This document shows, one piece after another, positions 53,964-62,565 of a stretch of DNA of 64,000 nucleotides. Where the stretch lies: assembly GCA_942490825.1 (NCBI GenBank), contig CALNYG010000005.1:198240-262239 (forward strand), read 5' to 3'. The notes below the pieces were generated by a model. It was not told the DNA's origin and did no database searches. It saw nothing but the letters and a program-made list of their open reading frames with translations. The DNA comes from Candidatus Moraniibacteriota bacterium (GTDB lineage: Bacteria; Patescibacteriota; Minisyncoccia; Moranbacterales; GCA-2747515). Every line of letters starts with the position of its first letter. Position 1 is the first letter of the stretch. A program made the translations under genes and the position numbers.

Positions 53964-54050
53964 GGAAGCGTGCCTGAGTGGTTTAAAGGGCTTGCTTGGA
54001 AAGCAAGTGTGTCGTTTTCGGCACCGAAGGTTCGAATCCTTTCGCTTCCG
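53964..54050 (+). tRNA. tRNA-Ser (anticodon GGA)
   Basis: GGAAGCGTGCCTGAGTGGTTTAAAGGGCTTGCTTGGAAAGCAAGTGTGTCGTTTTCGGCACCGAAGGTTCGAATCCTTTCGCTTCCG. Anticodon loop TTGGAAA and a long variable arm. Confidence 0.9.
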
Positions 54051-54076
54051 CATAAATCTTTCTAAGCTATAAAATA

Positions 54077-54538
54077 ATGGAAAATATTTTATCAATTGTA
54101 GTAGAAAATAAAAATTTATTTTTATTTGGAGCATCAATTTTAATATTGAAATTAGTTTCTTATTTTATTTATAATATTTTGAAAGTAGGTGTTGTTTTTC
54201 CAGAAGATAAACTTATTGAATCAGAAAAGATATTAGTTAATTCCTCCTTAAGAAAAATGATAAGTTCTGGAGGTTTTAGATTTTCTATTTCAAAAACATA
54301 TTTATTAATTACAAATAAAAGAATAATTTTGGCATTTAATATCTTCAGTTTTTGGACTTATAAATTTTTTATGAGCATCTGGTTTGATAAAAATGATTCA
54401 TTAAACGAAAAAAGTCGCTTTGCTGAAAATGTTAGACTAGGTAAAAATAATGATTCTTTACTATTTAATTGGAAGAATGAAAAAGTGAAAATTTTTATAA
54501 AAAATTCTTCTGAAATTTTAGAAAAAATTGGTAAATAA
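54077..54538 (+). CDS. Hypothetical membrane protein, AT-rich
   Basis: One N-terminal TM helix; no recognised motif. Confidence 0.4.
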   Translation: MENILSIVVENKNLFLFGASILILKLVSYFIYNILKVGVVFPEDKLIESEKILVNSSLRKMISSGGFRFSISKTYLLITNKRIILAFNIFSFWTYKFFMSIWFDKNDSLNEKSRFAENVRLGKNNDSLLFNWKNEKVKIFIKNSSEILEKIGK

Positions 54539-54671
54539 TAGATTGACTTTAAAGAACTCTTGTAATGAGCCCTATTTATTTTTTAAAAGTTAAATTTAGA
54601 GTTTGTGAAAACTTTGTTTAACTTATTCAAAATGCTATAATAAAAACAATAAACAAAAATAAAATAAACTT

Positions 54672-56069
54672 ATGAAAAAAATTATTTCAATTTTTTTAAT
54701 TTTTACCTTCATTGTCTTTTCAGGTTTTGGCTGTAAAGAAAAACCAATTCAGTATAGTACCAACTTAGAAATTTGGGGAATGTTTGATGATTCTCATGAG
54801 TATGCTAATATTTTTAAATCTTATAAAGAAACACATCCTTATGTAACAGGTATTAATTATCGTAAAATATCAGGTGAAGAAAATTATAAGAGAGAATTGT
54901 TAAATTATTTGGCAGAAGGACGAGGTCCAGATATTTTTATGATTCATAATACTTGGTTGCCAGAGTTTAAAAATAAAATAGCTCCAGTGCCATATGGTTT
55001 GATTAGCGAGATTGAGTTTAAAGACAATTTTGTTGATGTGGTAGCAGATGATTTTTATGTGGATGGAGATATTTATGGCGTACCGCTTTCTGTAGATTCT
55101 TTGGCTTTATATTATAATAAAGATATTTTTAATGCAGCGGGAATTATTGATCCGCCAAAAACTTGGGCAGAAATTGATGATATTACCCAGAGATTAACGT
55201 CTATAGATCAATATGGAAATATAGATCAAAGTGCGATTGCTTTAGGAACTTATGAAAATATTAATCGTTCAACAGATATTTTGTCTTTAATGATGATGCA
55301 GTTAGGATCAGAGATGTCGAATAGGGAAGCAGGGATGGCAACTTTCGATGAGCCAGTTTCTATCAATGGGGTAGTTCGCTCACCAGCTAAAGATGCTTTG
55401 GAGTATTATACAGCTTTTGCACAGGGTGATCAGCCAATTTATACTTGGAATGCGGATATGGATTATTCCATTGATGATTTTTATGAGGGGGATACAGCAA
55501 TGATGTTGAATTATGCTTATAATTATGATTTGATTGAAGCTAAAAATGCAAAATTAAATTTTGGTGTTTCGGAGGTTCCGCAATTTTCATTAAATCAAAT
55601 TGGTGGTCAGGTAAATTATGCAAATTATTGGGTTTTTGTGGTTGCTAAAAATAAAGAAGGACAAATCACTAAAGAAGGTTTGAATATTACAAAGGACATG
55701 CGAATTTCAGAGTCTTGGCAATTTTTAAAAGCTTTGACTTTTCCTACAGCGGAACAACCAATGACTTTTTATAATGTGGTAAATGATCAACCTTTTTCTT
55801 TGATCTTTGAAAATGATTTAAGTGAAATGTATTTAAATGTAAAGAATAAACCAGCAGCTCGAAAAGATTTGATCAAGATGCAACAAACTGATATTAAATT
55901 GCGACCATTTGTTTTGGGTAATTTGATTGCGCACAGTTGGTATCAAGTTGATTCTAAGGATGTTGAAAAGCATTTGGGTGAGATGATCGAGAGCGTGCAA
56001 TTAGGACGTTCATCAGTTAGCGATGCTATTGAGTTGGCAGCGAATCGGATAACACAGTTAATGAAGTAA
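54672..56069 (+). CDS. ABC transporter substrate-binding lipoprotein (family 1, sugar-type), orphan
   Basis: Lipobox SGFGC. LEIWGMFDD..YKRELLNYLAEGRGPDIFMIHNTWLPEF is typical of the SBP_bac_1 N-lobe. No permease or ATPase genes are adjacent. Confidence 0.65.
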   Translation: MKKIISIFLIFTFIVFSGFGCKEKPIQYSTNLEIWGMFDDSHEYANIFKSYKETHPYVTGINYRKISGEENYKRELLNYLAEGRGPDIFMIHNTWLPEFKNKIAPVPYGLISEIEFKDNFVDVVADDFYVDGDIYGVPLSVDSLALYYNKDIFNAAGIIDPPKTWAEIDDITQRLTSIDQYGNIDQSAIALGTYENINRSTDILSLMMMQLGSEMSNREAGMATFDEPVSINGVVRSPAKDALEYYTAFAQGDQPIYTWNADMDYSIDDFYEGDTAMMLNYAYNYDLIEAKNAKLNFGVSEVPQFSLNQIGGQVNYANYWVFVVAKNKEGQITKEGLNITKDMRISESWQFLKALTFPTAEQPMTFYNVVNDQPFSLIFENDLSEMYLNVKNKPAARKDLIKMQQTDIKLRPFVLGNLIAHSWYQVDSKDVEKHLGEMIESVQLGRSSVSDAIELAANRITQLMK

Positions 56070-56306
56070 ACAGGTAGATTTTTAGAGTAGTAGATAATTA
56101 GACCTGTAGAGACATTGCACTGTAATGTTTTGAGATGGGAGAATAATTTACAAATTTGCAATCTTCAAATAGTGTGACTTGCTATTTTAAAATGACAGTA
56201 GATTTTTTAGGATTTCAAAAAATGTTAAATGGTGGAAAGCTTATGCGACGAACACGTTTATTTTTATAAATTTAATTTTTTATTTTTAAATAAATCCTGC
56301 TAGTGA

Positions 56307-57404
56307 ATGATTGCTAGTTATGGATTACTGATTTTTATGCTCAAGAAAATATTATTTAGTTTAGTTGCGGGGTTTTTGATTTTTATTATTCAGGCACAGA
56401 GTGTTGATGCATCAGGGCTTGTTCCTTGTGGAGGTACCGGTGAGGACCCATGTACCTTTTGTCATCTGATTGTTGGAATAAAGGGTTTGATCGACATTAT
56501 AACAGGGACTTTATTGGTTGTGGCTGCTTTGTTTGTTATTACTGTGGCTGGGGTTATGTGGATAACTGGCGATAGTTTTGGTTTGATAAATCAGGCTAAA
56601 AGTGCAATTAAAAATGCTTTGGCGGGGATTGTGGTTGTGTTGACGGCTTGGTTGATGGTTATTGGGATTTTGAATTTATTGTCAGCTAAGGATTTTGTAA
56701 GTACAGAAACAGGTGATGTTATTTTGAGTAAAACAGGTGTATTTGGTTTTGAGTGTTCGACAAAGTCTTTTGTTGGGGGTGAGGTTGAGGGTTCTAGTGG
56801 TTCAAGCAGTAACCCAAGCAGTAACCCAAGCAGTAACCCAAGCAGTAACCCAAGCAGTAACCCAAGCAGTAACCCAAGTTCTTCTACAACGAGTGGATAT
56901 AAAACAGCGGAGGAAGAAAAAAAAGAAAAGGAGGTTAGGGATAGAGTGGAGGAACAAGGGATGGAAATTAATAAACCAGCTTGTAAATATTATGGACAAA
57001 CAGATTGTACAGATATGGGAGGATTGACAGAAAATTCTATTTCTGGATTAGAGAGATTTAATAGTGATTATCAAAAATGGGCAAAAGAAAATAATAAATC
57101 TACTAAAGTTACTGTGAATGGAGGATCAGAATCTAATAAAATACATCAAGGTAGTAGTAATCCCAATTCAGAATCTCATGCTAATGGACGAAAAGTTGAT
57201 ATAGATGATGGTAATTCTGATTTAAATGATTTTCTTTATGGAAATAAAAAAAAAGGAATTGATCCTTATCTTACTGATACTGGGAAAATTTGGACAAAAA
57301 GTAAAACAAAACTTTATAAGGATCCATATGGAAAAATTTGGGCTAAAGAGAGTAGTCATTCAGATGTGTGTCTTGATTGTCCAACAACAAATGCAAGATA
57401 TTAA
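56307..57404 (+). CDS. Pilin-like (TrbC/VirB2-type, CPR T4SS-pilin-like) N-terminal domain fused to a LAS/peptidase-M15-like C-terminal domain
   Basis: Signal peptide (probable start MLKKILF at 56337), then LVPCGG..DPCTFCHL and two TM helices as in the downstream pilin paralogs, then an (SSNP)x6 linker. The C-terminus has VTVNGGSES..SESHANGRKVDIDD (SxHxxGxxxD) and SSHSDV (HxD), resembling hedgehog/DD-peptidase-fold wall hydrolases. Confidence 0.55.
   Translation: MIASYGLLIFMLKKILFSLVAGFLIFIIQAQSVDASGLVPCGGTGEDPCTFCHLIVGIKGLIDIITGTLLVVAALFVITVAGVMWITGDSFGLINQAKSAIKNALAGIVVVLTAWLMVIGILNLLSAKDFVSTETGDVILSKTGVFGFECSTKSFVGGEVEGSSGSSSNPSSNPSSNPSSNPSSNPSSNPSSSTTSGYKTAEEEKKEKEVRDRVEEQGMEINKPACKYYGQTDCTDMGGLTENSISGLERFNSDYQKWAKENNKSTKVTVNGGSESNKIHQGSSNPNSESHANGRKVDIDDGNSDLNDFLYGNKKKGIDPYLTDTGKIWTKSKTKLYKDPYGKIWAKESSHSDVCLDCPTTNARY
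56805..56876 (+). repeat. Six perfect 12-nt tandem repeats AGCAGTAACCCA (SSNP linker)
   Basis: Direct reading. Confidence 0.95.
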
Positions 57405-57413
57405 AATAATTTT

Positions 57414-57683
57414 ATGTTAATAGAAATAGTACAAGCAGGGATAATTGATGATGCGCCGACCATTTATGAGTTGTTAGTTATAACGATACAAAAGGTATTA
57501 ACTTTTGTAAGTAGTGTAGCAATTTTGGGAGTTGTTGGTTCAGGGATAATTTATATGGTGTCCTCAGGAAATAGAGAACAACAAGAATATGCAAAAACTG
57601 TTTTGAAAGGAAGTGTGATTGGTTTGATTATTGCGTTAACTTCTTTAGTTTTAGTAGGTGCAATTACAGGGATTTTTGAATAG
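57414..57683 (+). CDS. Pilin-like two-TM protein (TrbC/VirB2-type)
   Basis: 89 aa; VAILGVVGSGIIYMVSSGNREQQEYAKTVLKGSVIGLIIALTSLVLVGAITGIF. Confidence 0.65.
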   Translation: MLIEIVQAGIIDDAPTIYELLVITIQKVLTFVSSVAILGVVGSGIIYMVSSGNREQQEYAKTVLKGSVIGLIIALTSLVLVGAITGIFE

Positions 57684-57953
57684 ATGGGGAGATCATTAGA
57701 TTTTTAGAGGAGTAGAATTTTTTAAATTAAATAAAGATTTAATTTTTGTGTAGAAAGAATTGATTGCTTATGGTAGAGTATTAGAAATACGAGGTAGGTG
57801 ATCTTTAATATGTTGATTCCGATGTATAATTTAGTTACTAGTTACAGATTATTGATTACTAGTTACTAACTTACTATTTACCAAAGTTTTAAAATATGAG
57901 ATAATAAAAAGGTAAAAAAGAAAAATAAAAATTATGAAAGGAGGTGTTTATAA

Positions 57954-58355
57954 ATGACGATAAAAATTCAAAAATTCGTGATGATGTTTGTTTTAGGTAT
58001 GATGGTTGTTTCACCAATGGTTGTTGATGCTGCGGATACAAAAAAAGTTAGCACAAAAAAGGCAGAAGATTCAAGTGAAGGTTTAGTGAAGCCTGATACA
58101 CCTAAAGGGATTAAGGACAATACAGATTTGAAAGCGATGTTGAAGATTGTAATTGAAGCAATTCTATATATTATAGGAACTCTTTCATTATTGATGATTG
58201 TAATTGGTGGTGTAATTTATGTTACTGCTGGTGATTCAGGAAGAGCTGATATGGCAAAGGCTTATATTACCTATGCTATTATTGGTTTAGTGGTTGCTCT
58301 AGTTGGATTATCTATAATTAACTTAGTAATTGATAAATTAGGAGCTACTACTTAG
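57954..58355 (+). CDS. Pilin-like two-TM protein with signal peptide
   Basis: GTLSLLMIVIGGVIYVTAGDSGRADMAKAYITYAIIGLVVALVGLSIINLV; strong RBS AAAGGAGG. Confidence 0.65.
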   Translation: MTIKIQKFVMMFVLGMMVVSPMVVDAADTKKVSTKKAEDSSEGLVKPDTPKGIKDNTDLKAMLKIVIEAILYIIGTLSLLMIVIGGVIYVTAGDSGRADMAKAYITYAIIGLVVALVGLSIINLVIDKLGATT

Positions 58356-58546
58356 GAGCTTAAGTTATTTTTAGGTTTTTTATAAAAAAGCACTTTTTAT
58401 AAGGTGCTTTTTTATTTTTTATTTTTTAGTGCTATAATAGTTATATAAATTTATTAACTTATATTTGAATTTTAAAATTGTGTATCATAGCCCGTGCGGC
58501 AGGCACCTTCATTTTTTAATCTAATAATTACTAAACTAAAACAAAT

Positions 58547-59026
58547 ATGAAATTTTTTTTAAAAACTTTTTTAGCAGTATTTATGCTATTTTTTATTTTT
58601 TCAAATAATAATGTTTTAGCTCAACCTGCTGAAAATACTGGAACATCTTCAATCAAGACTATTACTCCAGGTGAAAATAGAAAAACTAAACCTCCAACTA
58701 AAAAAGTTGCTCCAAATTCAGCTCAAGCTTCATCAACTACCACTACTAAAGGTGGCGTGAAAGTTCCAACAAGCGACGACTTGGGAGGTCTTTCTGACAA
58801 AGATATAAAAGGAACACTTGAAACAGTAATAGATACAATATTGGCTATCGTTGGAACTCTTTCATTGTTGATGATTGTTGTGGGTGCGGTGATATTTATT
58901 GTTGCGGGAGATAATAGAGATTTAGCAGAGACAGCACAGAGTATGATTACTTATGCTATTGTAGGATTAGTAGTTTCATTGCTTAGTTATGCTGTGGTGA
59001 TATGGGTATTTGATGCTTTGAGTTAA
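58547..59026 (+). CDS. Pilin-like two-TM protein with signal peptide and T/S/P-rich variable region
   Basis: GTLSLLMIVVGAVIFIVAGDNRDLAETAQSMITYAIVGLVVSLLSYAVV. Confidence 0.65.
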   Translation: MKFFLKTFLAVFMLFFIFSNNNVLAQPAENTGTSSIKTITPGENRKTKPPTKKVAPNSAQASSTTTTKGGVKVPTSDDLGGLSDKDIKGTLETVIDTILAIVGTLSLLMIVVGAVIFIVAGDNRDLAETAQSMITYAIVGLVVSLLSYAVVIWVFDALS

Positions 59027-59037
59027 AAGTAAAATTT

Positions 59038-59316
59038 ATGAATAATTTTGGAACAAAAAATTTAGGATTAGAAAAAGAGGTGATCGCTCAAGAAATTTTT
59101 TTGAAATTTGCGGCAGGGGCTTTGAGTTTTGTTTTTATTGGAGCGTTTTTGATGGGAGTGGTTGGAGCGGTGATCTGGGTAACTTCAGGAGGAAATGAGG
59201 ATAGAAATGATAGTTCTTCTATGATGATAAAGTCATCATTGGTTGGGATGATCGGATCGTTTATTGGTTACGTGGCATTGAGAATTTATGCAAATGTGAT
59301 TGGGGTAGATTTTTAG
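59038..59316 (+). CDS. Pilin-like two-TM protein (short form)
   Basis: FIGAFLMGVVGAVIWVTSGGNEDRNDSSSMMIKSSLVGMIGSFIGYVAL. Confidence 0.6.
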   Translation: MNNFGTKNLGLEKEVIAQEIFLKFAAGALSFVFIGAFLMGVVGAVIWVTSGGNEDRNDSSSMMIKSSLVGMIGSFIGYVALRIYANVIGVDF

Positions 59317-59512
59317 AAGAATAGATTTGTAGACAGGTAGATAAGTAGACTTTTAGATGTTGTTAGTTCAATCTTGTAGATTGAATCTAGTGTTTGTGCC
59401 AATTTAAAGTTTTTATAAAACTTGAAAAATTGAGTGATTTTTAAAGTTTGATATAAACGAATGGTTCAATCAGAATGATTGAACCAACAGTAATTACTAA
59501 ATTAAAACAAAT

Positions 59513-60301
59513 ATGAAATTTTTTTTTAAAACTTTTTTAGCAGTATTCATGCTATTTTTTATTTTTTCAAATAATAATGTTTTAGCTGAACCAGCTCAAC
59601 CAGCTGGAGCAGGTTCTAATCCAAGTTCAGTTAGTGTTCCAAGGACAGGTCCAGCGACTGGAAATGCTGGAGGAGCTTCAACTAAATTTCCAGATCCAGC
59701 TTCAGCTTCAACTAAAAAAGTTGCTCCAAAACCATTAGATAAACCCACAACAAACACTTCTACGAAACCAAATTTAACTGCTAATTCTTCAGGAAATAAA
59801 TCAATTGAGTTTAAAAATCCAATAAGTAAAAATACCGTTGAGGATCTTTTGATAAGTGCAATGGCGGTTATTCGAAATGTAGTGGCGGCTTTGGCGATTT
59901 TGATGATAGTGATTGGGGCGGTGATGTGGATTTTGTCAGGAACAACAGGACAGACAGAAAAAGCAAAAACTGTTATTCAGTCGGCAGTAATTGGATTGGC
60001 GATTGCGTTGGCGGCACCGACATTTATTGGTGAAATTTATGGTGTTTTAGGTAAAGATACGCCAGAAGTTGAAGGTGCTGACTTTAGTTTGAGTGTTTAT
60101 GATATTGCTGTAAATATAACTAATTTAATTTTAGGATTTATTGGGGTATTATCGATTTTGATGATTATTGTAGGCGGAGTAATGTGGATGACAAATCAAA
60201 GTGATGTAGCTAAGAAGATGGTTAAGGCAGCAGTTATTGGTTTGGTTATTGCGTTGACTTCTTTGGTTATTGTGAAAGCAATTGTAGGGATTTTTGGGTA
60301 A
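59513..60301 (+). CDS. Pilin-like protein with two tandem pilin domains
   Basis: The signal peptide is nearly identical to that of 58547. Domain 1: LAILMIVIGAVMWILSGTTGQTEKAKTVIQSAVIGLAIALA. Domain 2: LSILMIIVGGVMWMTNQSDVAKKMVKAAVIGLVIALTSLV. Confidence 0.65.
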   Translation: MKFFFKTFLAVFMLFFIFSNNNVLAEPAQPAGAGSNPSSVSVPRTGPATGNAGGASTKFPDPASASTKKVAPKPLDKPTTNTSTKPNLTANSSGNKSIEFKNPISKNTVEDLLISAMAVIRNVVAALAILMIVIGAVMWILSGTTGQTEKAKTVIQSAVIGLAIALAAPTFIGEIYGVLGKDTPEVEGADFSLSVYDIAVNITNLILGFIGVLSILMIIVGGVMWMTNQSDVAKKMVKAAVIGLVIALTSLVIVKAIVGIFG

Positions 60302-60641
60302 GATAGAAGAATAGATTTTTAGAGATGTAGACAATTAGATTTTGTAGAGATATTGCATTGCAATGTCTTGTGAATAAGTAATTTTTAATTTTCAAATAAT
60401 ACAGCCTGTCATTCTGAGTGGAATGAAATTTTTGTAAAAAATTTTATGTAACGAAGAATCCCAATAAGTTTTTCTGATATTTTAGTTTTTAAGTTTTGTG
60501 ATTCTCTTTGGGAGATTCTTCACTTCATAAATTTATCTGCGATAAATTTATTACGCTTGTCTGCTGACAAAGGCAGGTTCAGAATGACAGGAAAATTTTA
60601 AAATTATGTATCATAGCCCGTGCGGCAGGCACTTTATTTAT

Positions 60642-60671
60642 TTGACAGTTAGGGCTGAAAAATGGTATTAT
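60642..60671 (+). promoter_or_regulatory. Promoter TTGACA-18-(TGG)TATTAT upstream of nusA
   Basis: TTGACA 60642-60647 and extended -10 TGGTATTAT 60663-60671, 10 nt downstream of a GCCCGTGCGGCAGGCAC box. Confidence 0.6.
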
Positions 60672-60692
60672 GCTTATGTTGATGAATGAAAG

Positions 60693-60720
60693 ATTCGGGT
60701 CTGAGAGACGCGAATTTTTT
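60693..60720 (+). terminator. Terminator/attenuator hairpin in the nusA leader
   Basis: ATTCGGGTC-TGAGA-GACGCGAATTTTTT: 8 bp with one mismatch, then a T-run. About 20 nt after the predicted TSS and 95 nt before the nusA ATG. Confidence 0.55.
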
Positions 60721-60815
60721 AATTTTAGTAGCTATTTATAAGTAATCAGTTATTATTTTAAAAAAATAATTTCATTTAGAATTTTAAGTTTATAATCAAT
60801 AATTAAATTAAAAAT

Positions 60816-62246
60816 ATGAGTAAAAAAACAGAAAAAAATCCATTTAGTGATTTTGCTGGAGCGATGAGTGCAGTTGCTGATGAAAAAGGAATCGATAAAG
60901 ATAAGATTTTGGAAACTGTTGAGGCAGCGATTGCGGCGGCATATAAAAAGGAATATGGTAAACGTGGACAAAACATTCGAGCAGAATTGAATGTTGTTTC
61001 AGGTGATATGGATTTCTTTTTAGTTAAAGAAGTGGTGGATGATAGCGTTCGAGAATTTGTGGAATTTGATGAGGAGGAGGAAGGAAAGGTTGAGGAGAAA
61101 AAAACTGAAGAAGAATCAAAGAAATACAAAGAGGAAAAACGAGTTGATGAGAGTGAGGCTGGAGATGAAAATGAAGAAGATAGAAAATCTAGGTTTAATC
61201 CGGAAAGAGATATTATTTTAGAAGAGGCATTGGAACGAGATGTAGATGCTAAAGTTGGTGATTTTCTTGAGGAAGGATTGCCATCTTACAGTGATTTTGG
61301 TCGAGTGGCGGCACAGACTGCGAAACAAGTTATTATTCAGCGGATCCGAGAAGCAGAACGGGAGTCAATGTTTGAAGAATATAAAGAAAAAGAAGGTGAG
61401 GTAATTACTGGAACTGTACAAAGAGTTGAAGGTCGAGTGGTTTATGTTGATTTAGGCAAGTCTGTTGGTGTGCTTTTCCCACGAGAACAAGTTCGAGGTG
61501 AATTTTATAATGCTGGTCAAAGAATTAAGGTCTTTTTGGAGAGCGTAGAGTCTGATGTGAGAGGTCCTGGAATTAAACTTTCTCGTGTTCATCCTGAATT
61601 GGTGCGTTGTTTGTTTGAAAATGAAGTGCCAGAAATTTTTACAGGAACTGTTGAGATTAAGGCAATTGCTCGTGAGGCCGGTTCTCGAACTAAGATCGCA
61701 GTTTATACTGAAGATGAGAGCATTGATCCGATTGGTTCATGTGTTGGTCAGCGAGGTGCTCGTGTTACTACTATTATTGATGAGTTGGGTGGGGAAAAAA
61801 TTGATATTATTGAGTGGAATGAGGATTTGGAAGATTTTATTGCAGCAGCTTTGTCTCCAGCTCAAGTGTTAAAGGTTACGTTAAATGAAGAAGATAAGAA
61901 AGCCTCTGTTTTGGTGCCAGATGATCAATTGTCTTTGGCGATTGGTAAACAGGGTCAGAATGTTCGGTTGGCGGTTAAATTGACTGGATGGGATTTGGAT
62001 GTGGAGAGTGCGAGTAGCAAGAAGGAAGAAGGTGACAAAACTAAAGGTAAAAATGAAAAAGTTGAGAAAGATTTGAAAGAAGAAGGAGAAAAAATTTCTG
62101 AAACTGAGTCAAAAGAGGAAGTTAAAAAAGAAGTTGAAGAAAAAACTGAAAAAGTTGTTGAAGAAAAAGAAGAAAAAGTTTCAGAAGATAAAAAAGAGTC
62201 TAAAAAAGATGATAATAAAAAAGAAGAGACTTCAGAAGAAAAATAA
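60816..62246 (+). CDS. nusA: Transcription termination/antitermination factor NusA with acidic insertion and K/E-rich C-terminal tail
   Basis: NTD (ADEKGIDKDKILETVEAAIAAAYKK), S1 (GEVITGTVQRVEGRVVYVDLGK), KH1/KH2 (GSCVGQRGARVTTIIDELGGEKIDIIEW; LSLAIGKQGQNVRLAVKLTGWDLDV). Confidence 0.95.
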   Translation: MSKKTEKNPFSDFAGAMSAVADEKGIDKDKILETVEAAIAAAYKKEYGKRGQNIRAELNVVSGDMDFFLVKEVVDDSVREFVEFDEEEEGKVEEKKTEEESKKYKEEKRVDESEAGDENEEDRKSRFNPERDIILEEALERDVDAKVGDFLEEGLPSYSDFGRVAAQTAKQVIIQRIREAERESMFEEYKEKEGEVITGTVQRVEGRVVYVDLGKSVGVLFPREQVRGEFYNAGQRIKVFLESVESDVRGPGIKLSRVHPELVRCLFENEVPEIFTGTVEIKAIAREAGSRTKIAVYTEDESIDPIGSCVGQRGARVTTIIDELGGEKIDIIEWNEDLEDFIAAALSPAQVLKVTLNEEDKKASVLVPDDQLSLAIGKQGQNVRLAVKLTGWDLDVESASSKKEEGDKTKGKNEKVEKDLKEEGEKISETESKEEVKKEVEEKTEKVVEEKEEKVSEDKKESKKDDNKKEETSEEK

Positions 62247-62315
62247 AAGTGCTGCCGCACGGGCTTTTTGGGTTCAAGATTTTAAATTCTTACAAAATTG
62301 CACAAATTTTTAATC

Positions 62316-62530
62316 ATGTCATACCAGAAGACAGAATTTATTCAAGAGCGTAGCGATTGATTTAAACCTGCCTGTTCGGCAGACAGGTTCGTCTGTCTGG
62401 TATCCAGAAATTAACAGAGAAAAATAAACTTTAAAATTTAGTTATATTCTTAAAGTTTCTGGATCACGGATAAATTATTTTCTATTTCATCGCTACACTT
62501 TGAAAGAAAATATATTTTCCGAGATGACAT
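62316..62530 (-). mobile_element. ~195-bp MITE, copy 3 (inverted), carrying a nested 21-nt mini-hairpin insertion
   Basis: Colinear with copies 1 and 2 except for CCTGCCTGTTCGGCAGACAGG at 62367-62387. Confidence 0.8.
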
Positions 62531-62565
62531 ACGTGGGTTTATGAATATTTTTTTAAATTAATTTT

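Noticed and set aside
53916-54137. 73-aa minus-strand ORF.
   Set aside because: It overlaps tRNA-Ser(GGA) on the opposite strand and is a spurious ORF.
56805-56876. The SSNP 12-nt repeats (and the repeats at 18011-18165) as on/off phase-variation switches.
   Set aside because: Unit lengths are multiples of three, so copy-number change alters linker length but cannot shift the frame. They were kept only as length-variable linkers.
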